The position numbers and the translations under genes were made by a program. The notes under the pieces are model-generated. The model made no database searches and had not been told where the DNA came from. It worked only from the letters and a program-made list of their open reading frames with translations. DNA of 64,000 nt from Macrostomum hystrix (lineage: Eukaryota > Animalia > Platyhelminthes), in the NCBI GenBank assembly GCA_950097015.1, contig CATNEN010000032.1:2108001-2172000 (forward strand). The letters are read 5' to 3'. How positions within the stretch are numbered: position 1 is the first letter of the stretch; each line of letters begins with the position of its first letter. This document shows, piece by piece, positions 48,496-59,200 of the stretch.

Positions 48496-49019
48496 GGATA
48501 GGTTGTCCATGCACCCTTAATTATTGGCAGGCCAAGTTAGCAGAAATATTACTACAGCTAGTACAAGTTTCATCGCAGGTATTCAATAATGTCAAGCATT
48601 CGCAACACATGCTTTTTGTATTCTACTTCTGGCTATTTTCTTTTCGCCTGTGTTCATTTCACGACAAGGGATTTTTTAATTCGAAAGGCAGTCCAACTGA
48701 CCTTTCCGCTTTGCATTTCTTAATAGATACTGCTTTGCCACAGGATGTGAATCCAGGGATTGTGCACTGAATTTCTGGCATGACTTCGAGGTGGCTCGAA
48801 TGCACGTCGATTGTATGCGATTCTGATGCACTTATCAAATCCCTAGACTACATTGCGGAGGGCTATGAAGGTTAGCTTTTAGAAGTAAAAAATTTATGAA
48901 TCTAGCAAGACAAAGTACTCGTACGTATATTAGGTCGTGGATGAAAACTCGATGAGCTATGAGTCGAGTTTGTGAGTCTATTAAGGAATTTGACAGCCCA
49001 TCTCACTCCGAATTGATAA

Positions 49020-49425
49020 ATCTTTCAGCCAATAAGAAAAGTGAACAGACCAAACCCATCTCACCCCGCGTTGTTAAAGTTTTCAGCCAATCAGCTCGGA
49101 GGAGAGTGAACAGACCAAACCCACCTCACTCCGTGTTGTTAAAGTTTTCAGCCAATCAGCTCGGAGGAGAGTGAACAGACCAAACCCACCTCACTCCATG
49201 TTGTTAAAGTTTTCAGCCAATCAGCTCGGAGGAGAGTGTACAGACCAAACCCAGCTCACTTCCTGTTGTTCAAGTTTTCAGCCAATCAGCTCGGAGGAGA
49301 GTGAACAGACCAAACCCAGCTCACTTCCTGTTGTTAAAGTTTTCAGCCAATCCGCTCGGAGTAGAGTGAACAGACTAAACCCACCTCACTCCCTGTTGTT
49401 AAAACATTCAGCCAATCAGACGTGA
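49020..49425. repeat. About 65-bp tandem unit containing TTTTCAGCCAATCAG
   Basis: Direct inspection; about 6 copies. Confidence 0.85.
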
Positions 49426-49837
49426 AAGAGGTGTAGAGTTTTGAACTAAATGAGTTGCACTAAATCCGATGGCAGCAGCTATTGGGGCTGCGACAGTATC
49501 CTTTCACTGTATGGCAATGCTTGAAAATATAAAATTCTATCTTTTCAATTGAATGTTTAAGAACTTTCTACAAGCACTCAAAGAAACGCAGCTTTGTTGA
49601 AGCTGATGTTTTTCAAAGAGATCCCATGTTTAAAAAACTAAGCTTGTCGAAGCTAATTGGACACTTTCACATGCTAAAAGAATGTTGAAAACCTAATGCA
49701 TCGCATTTGATGGAAGAAATTTCTCGGAAATAAAGATACCAAATGCCATTTAAAATCGAAAACTAAAATTGAAGCTAGCTAAAGAATTTTACTGTCAACT
49801 GCCTCCTCCTGACAGTACACACACAATACTGTAGAAT

Positions 49838-50345
49838 ATGGTTGTCGGCGCTGCTTCAGCTGCTGCTAATGTTGGCAGTATTTTCTGAGTTCTCCAAAAA
49901 TCAAATCTTCAACAAATCACCGGCGTAGACTGCGTGAGCTCAAGCTTTTTCCACATAGTAGTGGAAGTCTGCTCTGCACTGAGGTGAGGAGCTCATTGTG
50001 CTTTGACGGAAAAGTGGCAGGCCTTCAGGCTGCTGTCAAGAAGCTCATGTGAGTGCAAGCTGTTCCTGTTCGATGTGTGCAGTCACCGAGTGCAGTCTGA
50101 GCCGAACTGCACCAATCAGGTCACTGTGTACGTGAGGTCTCTGCCTGGAGTGCCTCCGGGTAGTCTGTGTCCACCTGGATACCAGCACACCAGGTACGGC
50201 ACCTCATACAAGGTCGTGACTTCCCCCCCTCTGAACTGGACCACTGCCAACCTGGCCTGCAGTTCTGATCCGGGACTGGCCAAGTTTTCGGATGCAGGTG
50301 ATTCTGATGAAGCCCTGTACCTTCGCTACCTGAAGCAGCAGACTT
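49838..50345 (+). pseudogene. Truncated, frameshifted duplicate of the PAN/C-type lectin gene
   Basis: Aligns to 51078-51595. No in-frame ATG, a 1-nt deletion near 49918, TGA in place of a Cys near 49983, and the copy ends in a 21-bp tandem repeat before the CTLD core. Confidence 0.8.
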
Positions 50346-51077
50346 GGGACCTGAAGCAGCAGACTTGGGACCTGAAGCAGCAGACTTGGGACCTGAAGCA
50401 GCAGTTGAAGTTGAAGTTGATTCTATGCGTCCTGATCGCGTCGTTAAACACGAAGCATCAGTTTTGCTGCTCTTTTAAAACGCAGCAAAATTTATTTGTT
50501 TGGCGACAAAAACTCTGCCCAGGAGGCGGTTCTAGAAGTCGGAACTGAGTTGTCAGGCATGTGCAGTAGCGAATTTCATAAATATACTCATATTGAAAAA
50601 ACTCCTGCCTTCCAAAGTAAGGCTTTAAACAAAGAACTCTCAAATTTCGCTCAAAAACTTTTTCTTGAGGCGCCAAGCGTGTCACATCCTTGCGAGCATA
50701 CTTGAGAGGGAATTTGTTTGAATGCTTAGTTGACTTAATTGACGATTTTTCAAAACGCGTTGAGCATCCGTTGGGAATGTACCAGATGTCGATTTATTTC
50801 CCATGTCAAGAAATTGGCTAGTTTTTTGGGCTTTCCGACTGAAAATCTGCCTAGCAACAATAGGCACTTGTATTTAACGTTATGCGACAGAGCCATTAAA
50901 AATGGACTAAATTCCTATTGGAACGGCAATTGCACACCAATGAGAATACTCAGCCGCTTGTCATTGCGGGTAGAACCATTCACATCAGCACAGTTTTTTT
51001 ACGCTTGTCAAGGCCGGCATTCAGTGCAGGAAAGCTTGGACAGCCGCGCAGGGTTTGTATCTTTCGCAACCGAGGTC

Positions 51078-51845
51078 ATGAAGCATCTGTGCGCTCTGGT
51101 GCAGCTCATGTGGGTGACAGCGGTTGTTTCTGAGCAATGCACCTCCAGACAGACGAGGTTCCATCCCATTACGGGAGTGGACTGCGTGAACTCCAGCTTC
51201 TTTGTCACTATTGGGGGGCTGTGCGATCCACTCCAGTGCAGCCTAAAGTGCGCCCGAAGGGAGAAGTGCCAGGCATTCACCCTGTTAACCAATGGCACCT
51301 GTGAGTGCAAGCTGTTCCTGTTCGATGCGTGCAGTCACCGAGTGCAGTCTGTGCTGAGCTGCACCAATCAGGTCACTGTGTACGTGAGGTCTCTGCCTGG
51401 AGTGCCTCGCGGTCGCCTGTGTCCACCTGGATACCAGCACACCAGGTACGGCACCTCATACAAGGTCGTGACTTCCCCAGCTCCGAACTGGACCGGAGCA
51501 TTGCTGACATGCGGTTCTGATCCGGGACTGGCCAAGTTTACAGATGCAGGTGATTCTGATGAAGCCCTGCACCTTCGCTACCTGAAGCAGCAGACTGCAC
51601 CGACTCAGACCTTCTACGTTGGCGGCCACCTCAAAATCGGCACGGATCCGGTCACCAAGGCCAACTGGTTCTGGACCGCCTGCGACCGGCAGATCGACCT
51701 GAGCACCTGGCACGACTCAGAACCGAATGGAGGAGGCGCAACATACTGTTCCAGTCTGTGGAGCGGCTATCCTGATGGAGGAATTGACGATTTTGACTGC
51801 GGCTGGAACCTGCCATTCATCTGCGAGTGCCAGTCTGTGTTCTGA
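51078..51845 (+). CDS. Intronless secreted PAN/apple-like + C-type lectin domain protein, 255 aa
   Basis: Signal-like MKHLCALVQLMWVTAVVS; CSLKCARREKCQAF..CECKL (PAN-like); CTLD with WTGALLTC, FYVGG, WHDSEPNGGG, IDDFDC and FICEC. Confidence 0.85.
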   Translation: MKHLCALVQLMWVTAVVSEQCTSRQTRFHPITGVDCVNSSFFVTIGGLCDPLQCSLKCARREKCQAFTLLTNGTCECKLFLFDACSHRVQSVLSCTNQVTVYVRSLPGVPRGRLCPPGYQHTRYGTSYKVVTSPAPNWTGALLTCGSDPGLAKFTDAGDSDEALHLRYLKQQTAPTQTFYVGGHLKIGTDPVTKANWFWTACDRQIDLSTWHDSEPNGGGATYCSSLWSGYPDGGIDDFDCGWNLPFICECQSVF

Positions 51846-52309
51846 GTCACTTTTCAAAAGAGGACTGCTCACAGCCTTATTGAGAACTTTTTACGAGAAT
51901 TTAGAGAATATAGAGACTCATTGTTTCTGTGTTTTCAAATGCCATAGTAAATTTTAAAGTGTCCAATATTTTCAATCTGTCTGCTTCATTCTATGATTGT
52001 TTAAGAATCTTTAGGTGCAACATTGAATGAAATTTGTCAAATTATTCACCTTTTTGTTAAGCCTTTGAGTGGTTTGCCCCGCAGTCCGCTACAGTCAGTT
52101 TAATTGCAAATTTGCTCCTCATCTGAGCTGGAATTATTTTTCACAAATTGAGTCTGCCAGGTAAAACCCCTGGTTGCTATGCGACGCTGTGTTTAGTGAA
52201 GAGGAATTTTCTGTCTTAGAAGCAGAAGGAGAAGCAGAGAGTTTTTTTACTCAGTAACTGTTGTCGCTTCGCTTCCTGACTTACAAGTAAACATTGAAGT
52301 TCTTTATTT

Positions 52310-52960
52310 AATTCATGAGTGAGTTCATGAGTGGGTTATGAATTCATGAGTGGGCTTGTGAGTTTATTAGTGAGTTCATGAGTGGGGTTGTGAGTTTATT
52401 AGTGAGTTCATGAGTGGGGTTGTGAGTTCATTAGTGAGTTCATGAGTGGGCTTGTGAGTTTATTAGTGAGTTCATGAGTGGGGTTGTGAGTTTATTAGTG
52501 AGTTCATGAGTGGGGTTGTGAGTTCATTAGTGAGTTCATGAGTGGGCTTGTGAGTTCATTAGTGAGTTCATGAGTGGGGTTGTGAGTTCATTAGTGAGTT
52601 CATGAGTGGGGTTGTGAGTTCATTAGTGAGTTCATGAGTGGGGTTGTGAGTTCATTAGTGAGTTCATGAGTGGGGTTGTGAGTTCATTAGTGAGTTCATG
52701 AGTGGGGTTGTGAGTTCATTAGTGAGTTCATGAGTGGGGTTGTGAGTTCATTAGTGAGTTCATGAGTGGGGTTATGAGTTCATTAGTGAGTTCATGAGTG
52801 GGTTTGTGAGTTCATTAGTGAGTTCATGAGTGGGGTTGTGAGTTCATTAGTGAGTTCATGAGTGGGGTTGTGAGTTCATTAGTGAGTTCATGAGTGGGGT
52901 TGTGAGTTCATTAGTGTGCTCATGAGTGGGGTTATGAGTTCATTAGTGATTTTATGAATG
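52310..52960. repeat. 32-bp unit GTGAGTTCATGAGTGGGGTTGTGAGTTCATTA
   Basis: Direct inspection. Confidence 0.95.
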
Positions 52961-53582
52961 AGTTAATGGTTAGGCTTGTGAGTTCGTGAGTGCAATGCAG
53001 CCCCTGTGTGGAATCCCTTACAGACTGGTAATTATGCGAGCCACTAAAACAACCAAAGCAACTGCCATGAGGCATGCAGGATTGGCTACTCAAATTTGCT
53101 CTGCGTTTGCAGATGCGGATGCGGACTCCGTTTCAAGATCCCCGCCCTCTTAGCGCTTGAGGAGAAGCTCTGACTGGAAATTGCCAAGCAAAGTTTTTTT
53201 TCTACTGGCTGTCAGTTTGCTGTGGCGGTACTAGCTACTCATTGTTTGCAGCTTCAGCGTAATGGGAATCTTGATGGGAGTTTTGCCATTCAGGGTTGAA
53301 AATTTTAGTAGATTTCAGTCACCGATCAATTTGTCTTTTGTTTTCCGTTTTGACAAGTTTGAGATCTTCAATTGGAGACAGGAAGATGCCTTTGAAGCCA
53401 AGTCTTCTATTCTTGAGGAAGAGAATTTCAGAGTTTCTATGGGCATTTTTTTATTGAAAGACTGCCTTAAACTAATGGAATACTATGACTATAGACTTGT
53501 GTATGTGTATGCAAGTATAGAAAAGTACTGGCCTTAATTAATATTGAATAACAAGCCCTGGGTTGTTCAGTAGTCCTTGAAA

Positions 53583-53757
53583 TGAGTGAGTGAGTGAGTG
53601 AGTGAGTGAGTGAGTGAGTGAGTGAGTGAGTGAGTGAGTGAGTGAGTGAGTGAGTGAGTGAGTGAGTGAGTGAGTGAGTGAGTGAGTGAGTGAGTGAGTG
53701 AGTGAGTGAGTGAGTGAGTGAGTGAGTGAGTGAGTGAGTGAGTGAGTGAGTGAGTGG
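53583..53757. repeat. (GAGT)n microsatellite, about 43 units
   Basis: Direct inspection. Confidence 0.98.
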
Positions 53758-53764
53758 GCTGTGT

Positions 53765-53940
53765 GTACATCGACAAAACTTAGTGACACTAGACCCGCAG
53801 CCAGCGAGGAGGCAATTCTGCCCATTCCGCTGACTCCTGAGCACACACGCACACAGATACTTTACCCTCAGGCATGCACTCACACAGTTGCGTATATCTG
53901 CCCTGATTTTGTTATCGTCAGGCAGTGTACACTTCCACAG
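53765..53940 (-). mobile_element. SINE family 1, 3' fragment
   Basis: GTGACACTAGACCCGCAGCCAGCGAGGAGGCAATTCTGCCCATTCCGCTGACTCCTGAGCACAC. Confidence 0.75.
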
Positions 53941-53998
53941 GGGTCAGGGAATCGGGGAAGGGAGACTGCTCATGAATCAAAACCAGCTGAAACTCACT

Positions 53999-54968
53999 CG
54001 CTGGCGCCGCCCGCGTGGCTTCCATCGGTTTCCGAATCCGGCGCCTCCGCCCGCTGAAACTGGTGGCTCTCCTCACCGGCCTCGGCTGACAAAGCCGCAT
54101 TCATGGTGACCGACGCTGCTCCAGCAGCCGCAGCCGCAGCGGCTGCGTCCGCCTCCAATAATCTTCGCTCTGCCTCAGCCGCTTCGCGCAGCCGAGTCCG
54201 CTCCTCCAGCTCGACCAGCTGCTGATCTCGCAGCGCCTGCGCCGCCAGCATCTCGTCCGTGTAGCCGGCGTCCATCAGGCGCTCCATGTCGCCGAGAGCA
54301 CGCGAGTCCACCTTCATGCTGTGCTGCTGCAGGGCGTCCACCTCGGCCTGGTTCTTCGCCAGAAACCGCGTCTCCAACCCGCCGCTTCTGACCGCCGCAG
54401 ATAAACCAGTGCCAGCAGCAGCAGCTGCGGCGTCGTCAAGTCCAGCGAGTCCCACCCTCCGACGACGAGAATTTCGCTTCTTCTTAGCGCCTCCCGCACC
54501 GATCGCTGCGACTGTTGCCAGCAGAACCGCTGCTTTTGGTCCTCCGCCGATGGCAACATCATCGGCTTCTCCTCCAGCCGGTGCGTCTGGCTCGGGCGGC
54601 TTCGCAGGAGGCCTCCGACCTACTGTCAGGCCTCCATTTTTACGGACTCCATTCGCGGTTCCGCTGCCAGTCTTCCTTGGCCGACGGGGGCTCGACCTCG
54701 CCGTTGAATTGGCGTCTAAGAAAGTCTCCGCAGACCCTTTCAAGTTGTCGATGATAGCCAGGCGCTGCTGAATCTCCAGCTCCGGTGGCAGATGTCGGGC
54801 GTGCTCGTAGCGCAGAGCGAGCTCCGCGTCGTCCATGGTAGCTCGGCACCTGTAGGCCGCCTCATCTGCGCTCTCCCGCCATCGGGCGCGGCCTCTCCGA
54901 CTTCTTCTGCTATAGTCGGGCCGGACTCCGCAGCAGCAGCCGCCGAACGCAGGCACTGTGTTGCCCAT
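53999..54968 (-). CDS. First coding exon of an orphan Ala/Arg/Glu-rich protein with N-terminal MG..CCC (predicted myristoylation/palmitoylation)
   Basis: Open frame of about 323 codons starting MGNTVPAFGGCCC and ending at a strong phase-2 donor, GA|GTGAGT. GC-rich codon usage. No family recognised. Confidence 0.7.
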
Positions 54969-55529
54969 CAATGGAGGTCGCTGGGACCAGGCCCAGAAAC
55001 TGCATCCGACTTCAAATAGAGAATGAAATTCTTCGCCTTAATTTGCCTGCCCGTGCTTGTGTTCACCCCGGTGTCTGCGCTGGCAGGACAGAAAAATTAA
55101 TTCTGGGCCGGAGAGAGGGCGAATAAAATTCGACCCCACTACTTTGTGCCAGACATTCTTGCTTGTAAGACCGCCGGGCACTGTACACAGCAAGCCTTCC
55201 AATGCCCGTTCGCTGGCTAGCCATTGTTTTTATAAGTGACAACACTTGAGACGCCTTTTAATGCTTCAGTTTTGCTTACGCACAGCCTATTTCTGTTAGC
55301 GCTCCACAAGCGACTCGAAGATGACGAGGCCCCATGTGAACATGCTCATGTGTGCTCACGAGAGCATTGCTTTGCCCTCACAGCTGGCCTATTGACCTCG
55401 CATTTGATCCATGCTAAATGCACACTTCAAGTGGCATTGTTTTTAAATAGCTCTTCTCAGGGTCACAACAGCCATCAGAAACAAACCAAAGGTCTCTCAA
55501 TGTCTCCTAAGATCGCTAAATGTCTCCTT

Positions 55530-55720
55530 ATATCTCTCAATCTCTCCTTAGATCTCTCAATCTCTCCTTAGATCTCTCAATCTCTCCTTAGATCTCTCAA
55601 TCTCTCCTTAGATCTCTCAATCTCTCCTTAGATCTCTCAATCTCTCCTTAGATCTCTAAATCTCTCCTTAGATCTCTCAATCTCTCCTTAGATCTCTCAA
55701 TCTCTCCTTAGATCTCTCAA
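55530..55720. repeat. 20-bp unit TCTCTCCTTAGATCTCTCAA
   Basis: Direct inspection. Confidence 0.95.
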
Positions 55721-56229
55721 TTAAAATATAAAATGATGCGAATCCACATCATCGATGTTGCTCCCGTTGAAAGGTCCAGTTGAAATTTCTTTGTAACCAT
55801 GCAATATCAGGTTTCGTTCTAAGCTTTAATGATACCAATTGAATTTGCAAGTGAAGGCATGCAAGGCAAATGGCATTATCTCTAGTTACAATTTCTAACT
55901 CACTGAATTGCCACTTCGGGTCAAAAAAACTGTTTCGCCTTTAATAGCAATTCGATAAGATATTTTTAACGTTGGTGCATAATGTGAAATTGTTGCGAAA
56001 TGAAAAAAACTAGAATGAAATTTCGATTCTGACAGACACTTCGGGTTTTATCTAAAAACTTTTTCGGACTTAAAAATTGTATCGAGCATAGCCACTTTGT
56101 TTACATGGTTGCCAGGACGACAGAACAGCTTTCTACATATTTCTAAACAAGAAATTTTAGACGCTGAACTTGAGCTTCATAGCTGAAACCAATTCTCCGC
56201 GCAGCAGCTAAACAAAGACACCGATAGTC

Positions 56230-59200
56230 ATGAGCTCGGATCCGCTGGCCCTAGGCGACTACCTCATTGTGGGCGTCCACTTCACCATCACAGTCGCACT
56301 TGGACTTTGGGTGAGACCTTTGTTACTCTCTGCCTTTGCGTGGAAAACCAAGGAAGAATCTAAATTTGGGTGTGATAAACTGTGGGTGCGACAAACTGTG
56401 GGTGTGATAAACTGTGGGTGTGACAAACTGTGGGTGTGACAAACTGTGGGTGTGACAAACTGTGGGAGTGACAAACTGTGGGTGTGACAAACTGTGGGAG
56501 TGACAAACTGTGGGTGTGACAAACTGTGGGTGTGATAAACTGTGGGTGTGACAAACTGTGGGTGTGATAAACTGTGGGAGTGACAAACTGTGGGTGTGAC
56601 AAACTGTGGGTGTGATAAACTGTGGGTGTGATAAACTGTGGGTGTGATAAACTGTGGGTGTGATAAACTGTGGGAGTGACAAACTGTGGGTGTGACAAAC
56701 TGTGGGTGTGACAAACTGTGGGTGTGATAAACTGTGGGAGTGACAAACTGTGGGTATGACAAACTGTGGGTGCGACAAATCGGGGGAGTGACAAACTATG
56801 GATGTGACAAACTGTGGGTGTGACAAACTGTGGGTGTGACAAATCGGGGGAGTGACAAACTGTGGGTGTGACAAACTGTGGGTGTGACAAATCGGGGGAG
56901 TGACAAACTGTGGGTGTGACAAATCGGGGGAGTGACAAACTGTGGGTGTGACAAACTGTGGATGTGACAAACTGGGGTTGTGACAAACTGTGGGTGTGAC
57001 AAACTGTGGGTGTGACAAACTGTGAAAGTGACAAACTGGGTGTGACAAACTGTGGGTGTGACAAACTGTGGGTGTGACAAACTGTGGGTGTGACAAACTG
57101 TGAAAGTGACAAACTGGGTGTGACAAACTATGTCAAACTGTGATTGTTTCAGTCGTCACTCAAAAGCACGAAGACGTCGGCCGAGAGCTACTTTCTGGCA
57201 GGCCGGGACATGACGTGGCCCCTGGTCGGCCTGTCGCTGTACATGAGTAACATCGGCAGCAGCAGTTTCATGGGTGTCGCCGGATCTGCCGCAGCCAAGG
57301 GTGTGGCGGTGCTGTGCTACGAGTTCTGTGTAAGTGACTGTAAATATGAACAATGCCAAGGCACCCGAGGTCACAGACCGAAATATCCTAATTGTCATTG
57401 GCCAACGATACAATTTTTCAAAGTTATGTCCATTAATGACAGCAAAAAAGTTATGGACTGCTAACAGGCCTGAATGTCTATGGTAAAAAGCTAGTCCAAT
57501 GCTTAAATGCACACTATTCTATGGCCCAATCATTGCGTCACGGTCATTGAGTACCGCTTTTAGTTTATCTTCAAAGATTGACCATAGACGAAGTTTTAGT
57601 GTTTGGAAGAGGTGCAAGAGAGACGTGCTTCTGTTTCCCGCCCGTTTTTATTCCAAGGGAGGATTTTTAGGCAGCGCCCGAATGCAAACAGCATTGGGTG
57701 GTGACTGATTGGTTGACGGACTAGGCGATGGTGTCTTGTGGTTGAGCTGCGCCTAATATTTTGGCTTGATCAGTGAAATTGGAGAAATTCGCGTCAGGGT
57801 GTGTTGTAGCCTTTGAAGGTCCAGGAGTCCAGCTAGATAAAGGTAGGTGACCATAGAAGACGGAGACGATGCAGGCACATTCTGGTGACATGCTGATAAG
57901 TTTTGAAGGCCTGGCAAGGCCGCACTGAGGCGCAGTGCTAATTATTTGTGTATATCGATGAATGAAATACACTAGCGCTTATGGGAAAAATCTGACTTTG
58001 AACTCAGAACCATTGAATATCTCGACGGTCTGAAGAGCTGGCGACTTAAATATTTAAATTTTCATTTGTTCAGGGTCTGTTTGGTATCATTCTGCTTGGC
58101 TACGCTTTCATTCCTGTCTACGTCAGCTCCGGTGCATTCACCATGCCGGAGTACCTCCGCAGACGCTTCGGCGGCAGTCGGCTGCAAATGTACTTGGCTG
58201 TGCAGAACCTCATCCTGTTTGTCTTCACCAAACTGTCTGTGCGTGTTCGCCGTTTGTGGGCAAAACTGCTTCTTCAGGAAAACTATATTTTTCCCCACCG
58301 CTATCTCCGATCCTACTGTGGGTTGCCCAATCAGCTACCTCCAATCCTACTGTGGGTTGCCCAATCAGCTACCTCCAATCCTACTGTGGGTTGCCCAATC
58401 AGCTACCTCCAATCCTACTGTGGGTTGCCCAATCAGCTACCTCCAATCCTACTGTGGGTTGCCCAATCAGCTACCTCCAATCCTACTGTGGGCTGCCCAA
58501 TCAGCTACCTCCAATCCTACTGTGGGTTGCCCAATCAGCTACCTGCAATCCTACTGTGGGCTGCCCAATCAGCTACCTCCAATCCTACTGTGGGCTGCCC
58601 AATCAGCTACCTGCAATCCTACTGTGGGTTGCCCAATCAGCTACCTCCAATCCTACTGTGGGTTGCCCAATCAGCTACCTCCAATCCTACTGTGGGCTGC
58701 CCAATCAGCTACCTGCAATCCTACTGTGGGTTGCCCAATCAGCTACCTCCAATCCTACTGTGGGTTGCCCAATCAGCTACCTCCAATCCTACTGTGGGCT
58801 GCCCAATCAGCTACCTGCAATCCTACTGTGGGTTGCCCAATCAGCTACCTCCAATCCTACTGTGGGTTGCCCAATAAGCTACCTCCAATCCTACTGTGGG
58901 CTGCCCAATCAGCTACCTCCAATCCTACTGTGGGTTGCCCAATAAGCTACCTCCAATCCTACTGTGGGCTGCCCAATCAGCTACCTCCAATCCTACTGTA
59001 GGTTGCCATCCGCTTACCTATTTTCAGGGCGAGCTGTACGGAGGCGTACTGATTGTACAGCAGGCCCTACTAATCGAAAACAAGTACTTGGCACTGCTCG
59101 GCTTATTGGCAGTCACCACTCTGTACACAATTCTGGGTACGGCTTTCCCCCTCATTGCATATGAAAGAGTAATCACATTACATTTATTGACCAATTTGCA

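Noticed and set aside
50739-51077. N-terminal extension of the 368-aa lectin ORF
   Set aside because: It starts at TTG and is AT-rich and non-coding-like. A signal peptide begins at ATG 51078, and the duplicate aligns only from there.
56259-59001. His/Thr-rich and Cys/Pro-rich repeat ORFs in the SLC5 region
   Set aside because: They lie in introns defined by a phase-consistent SLC5 model and are translations of 16- and 34-bp minisatellites.
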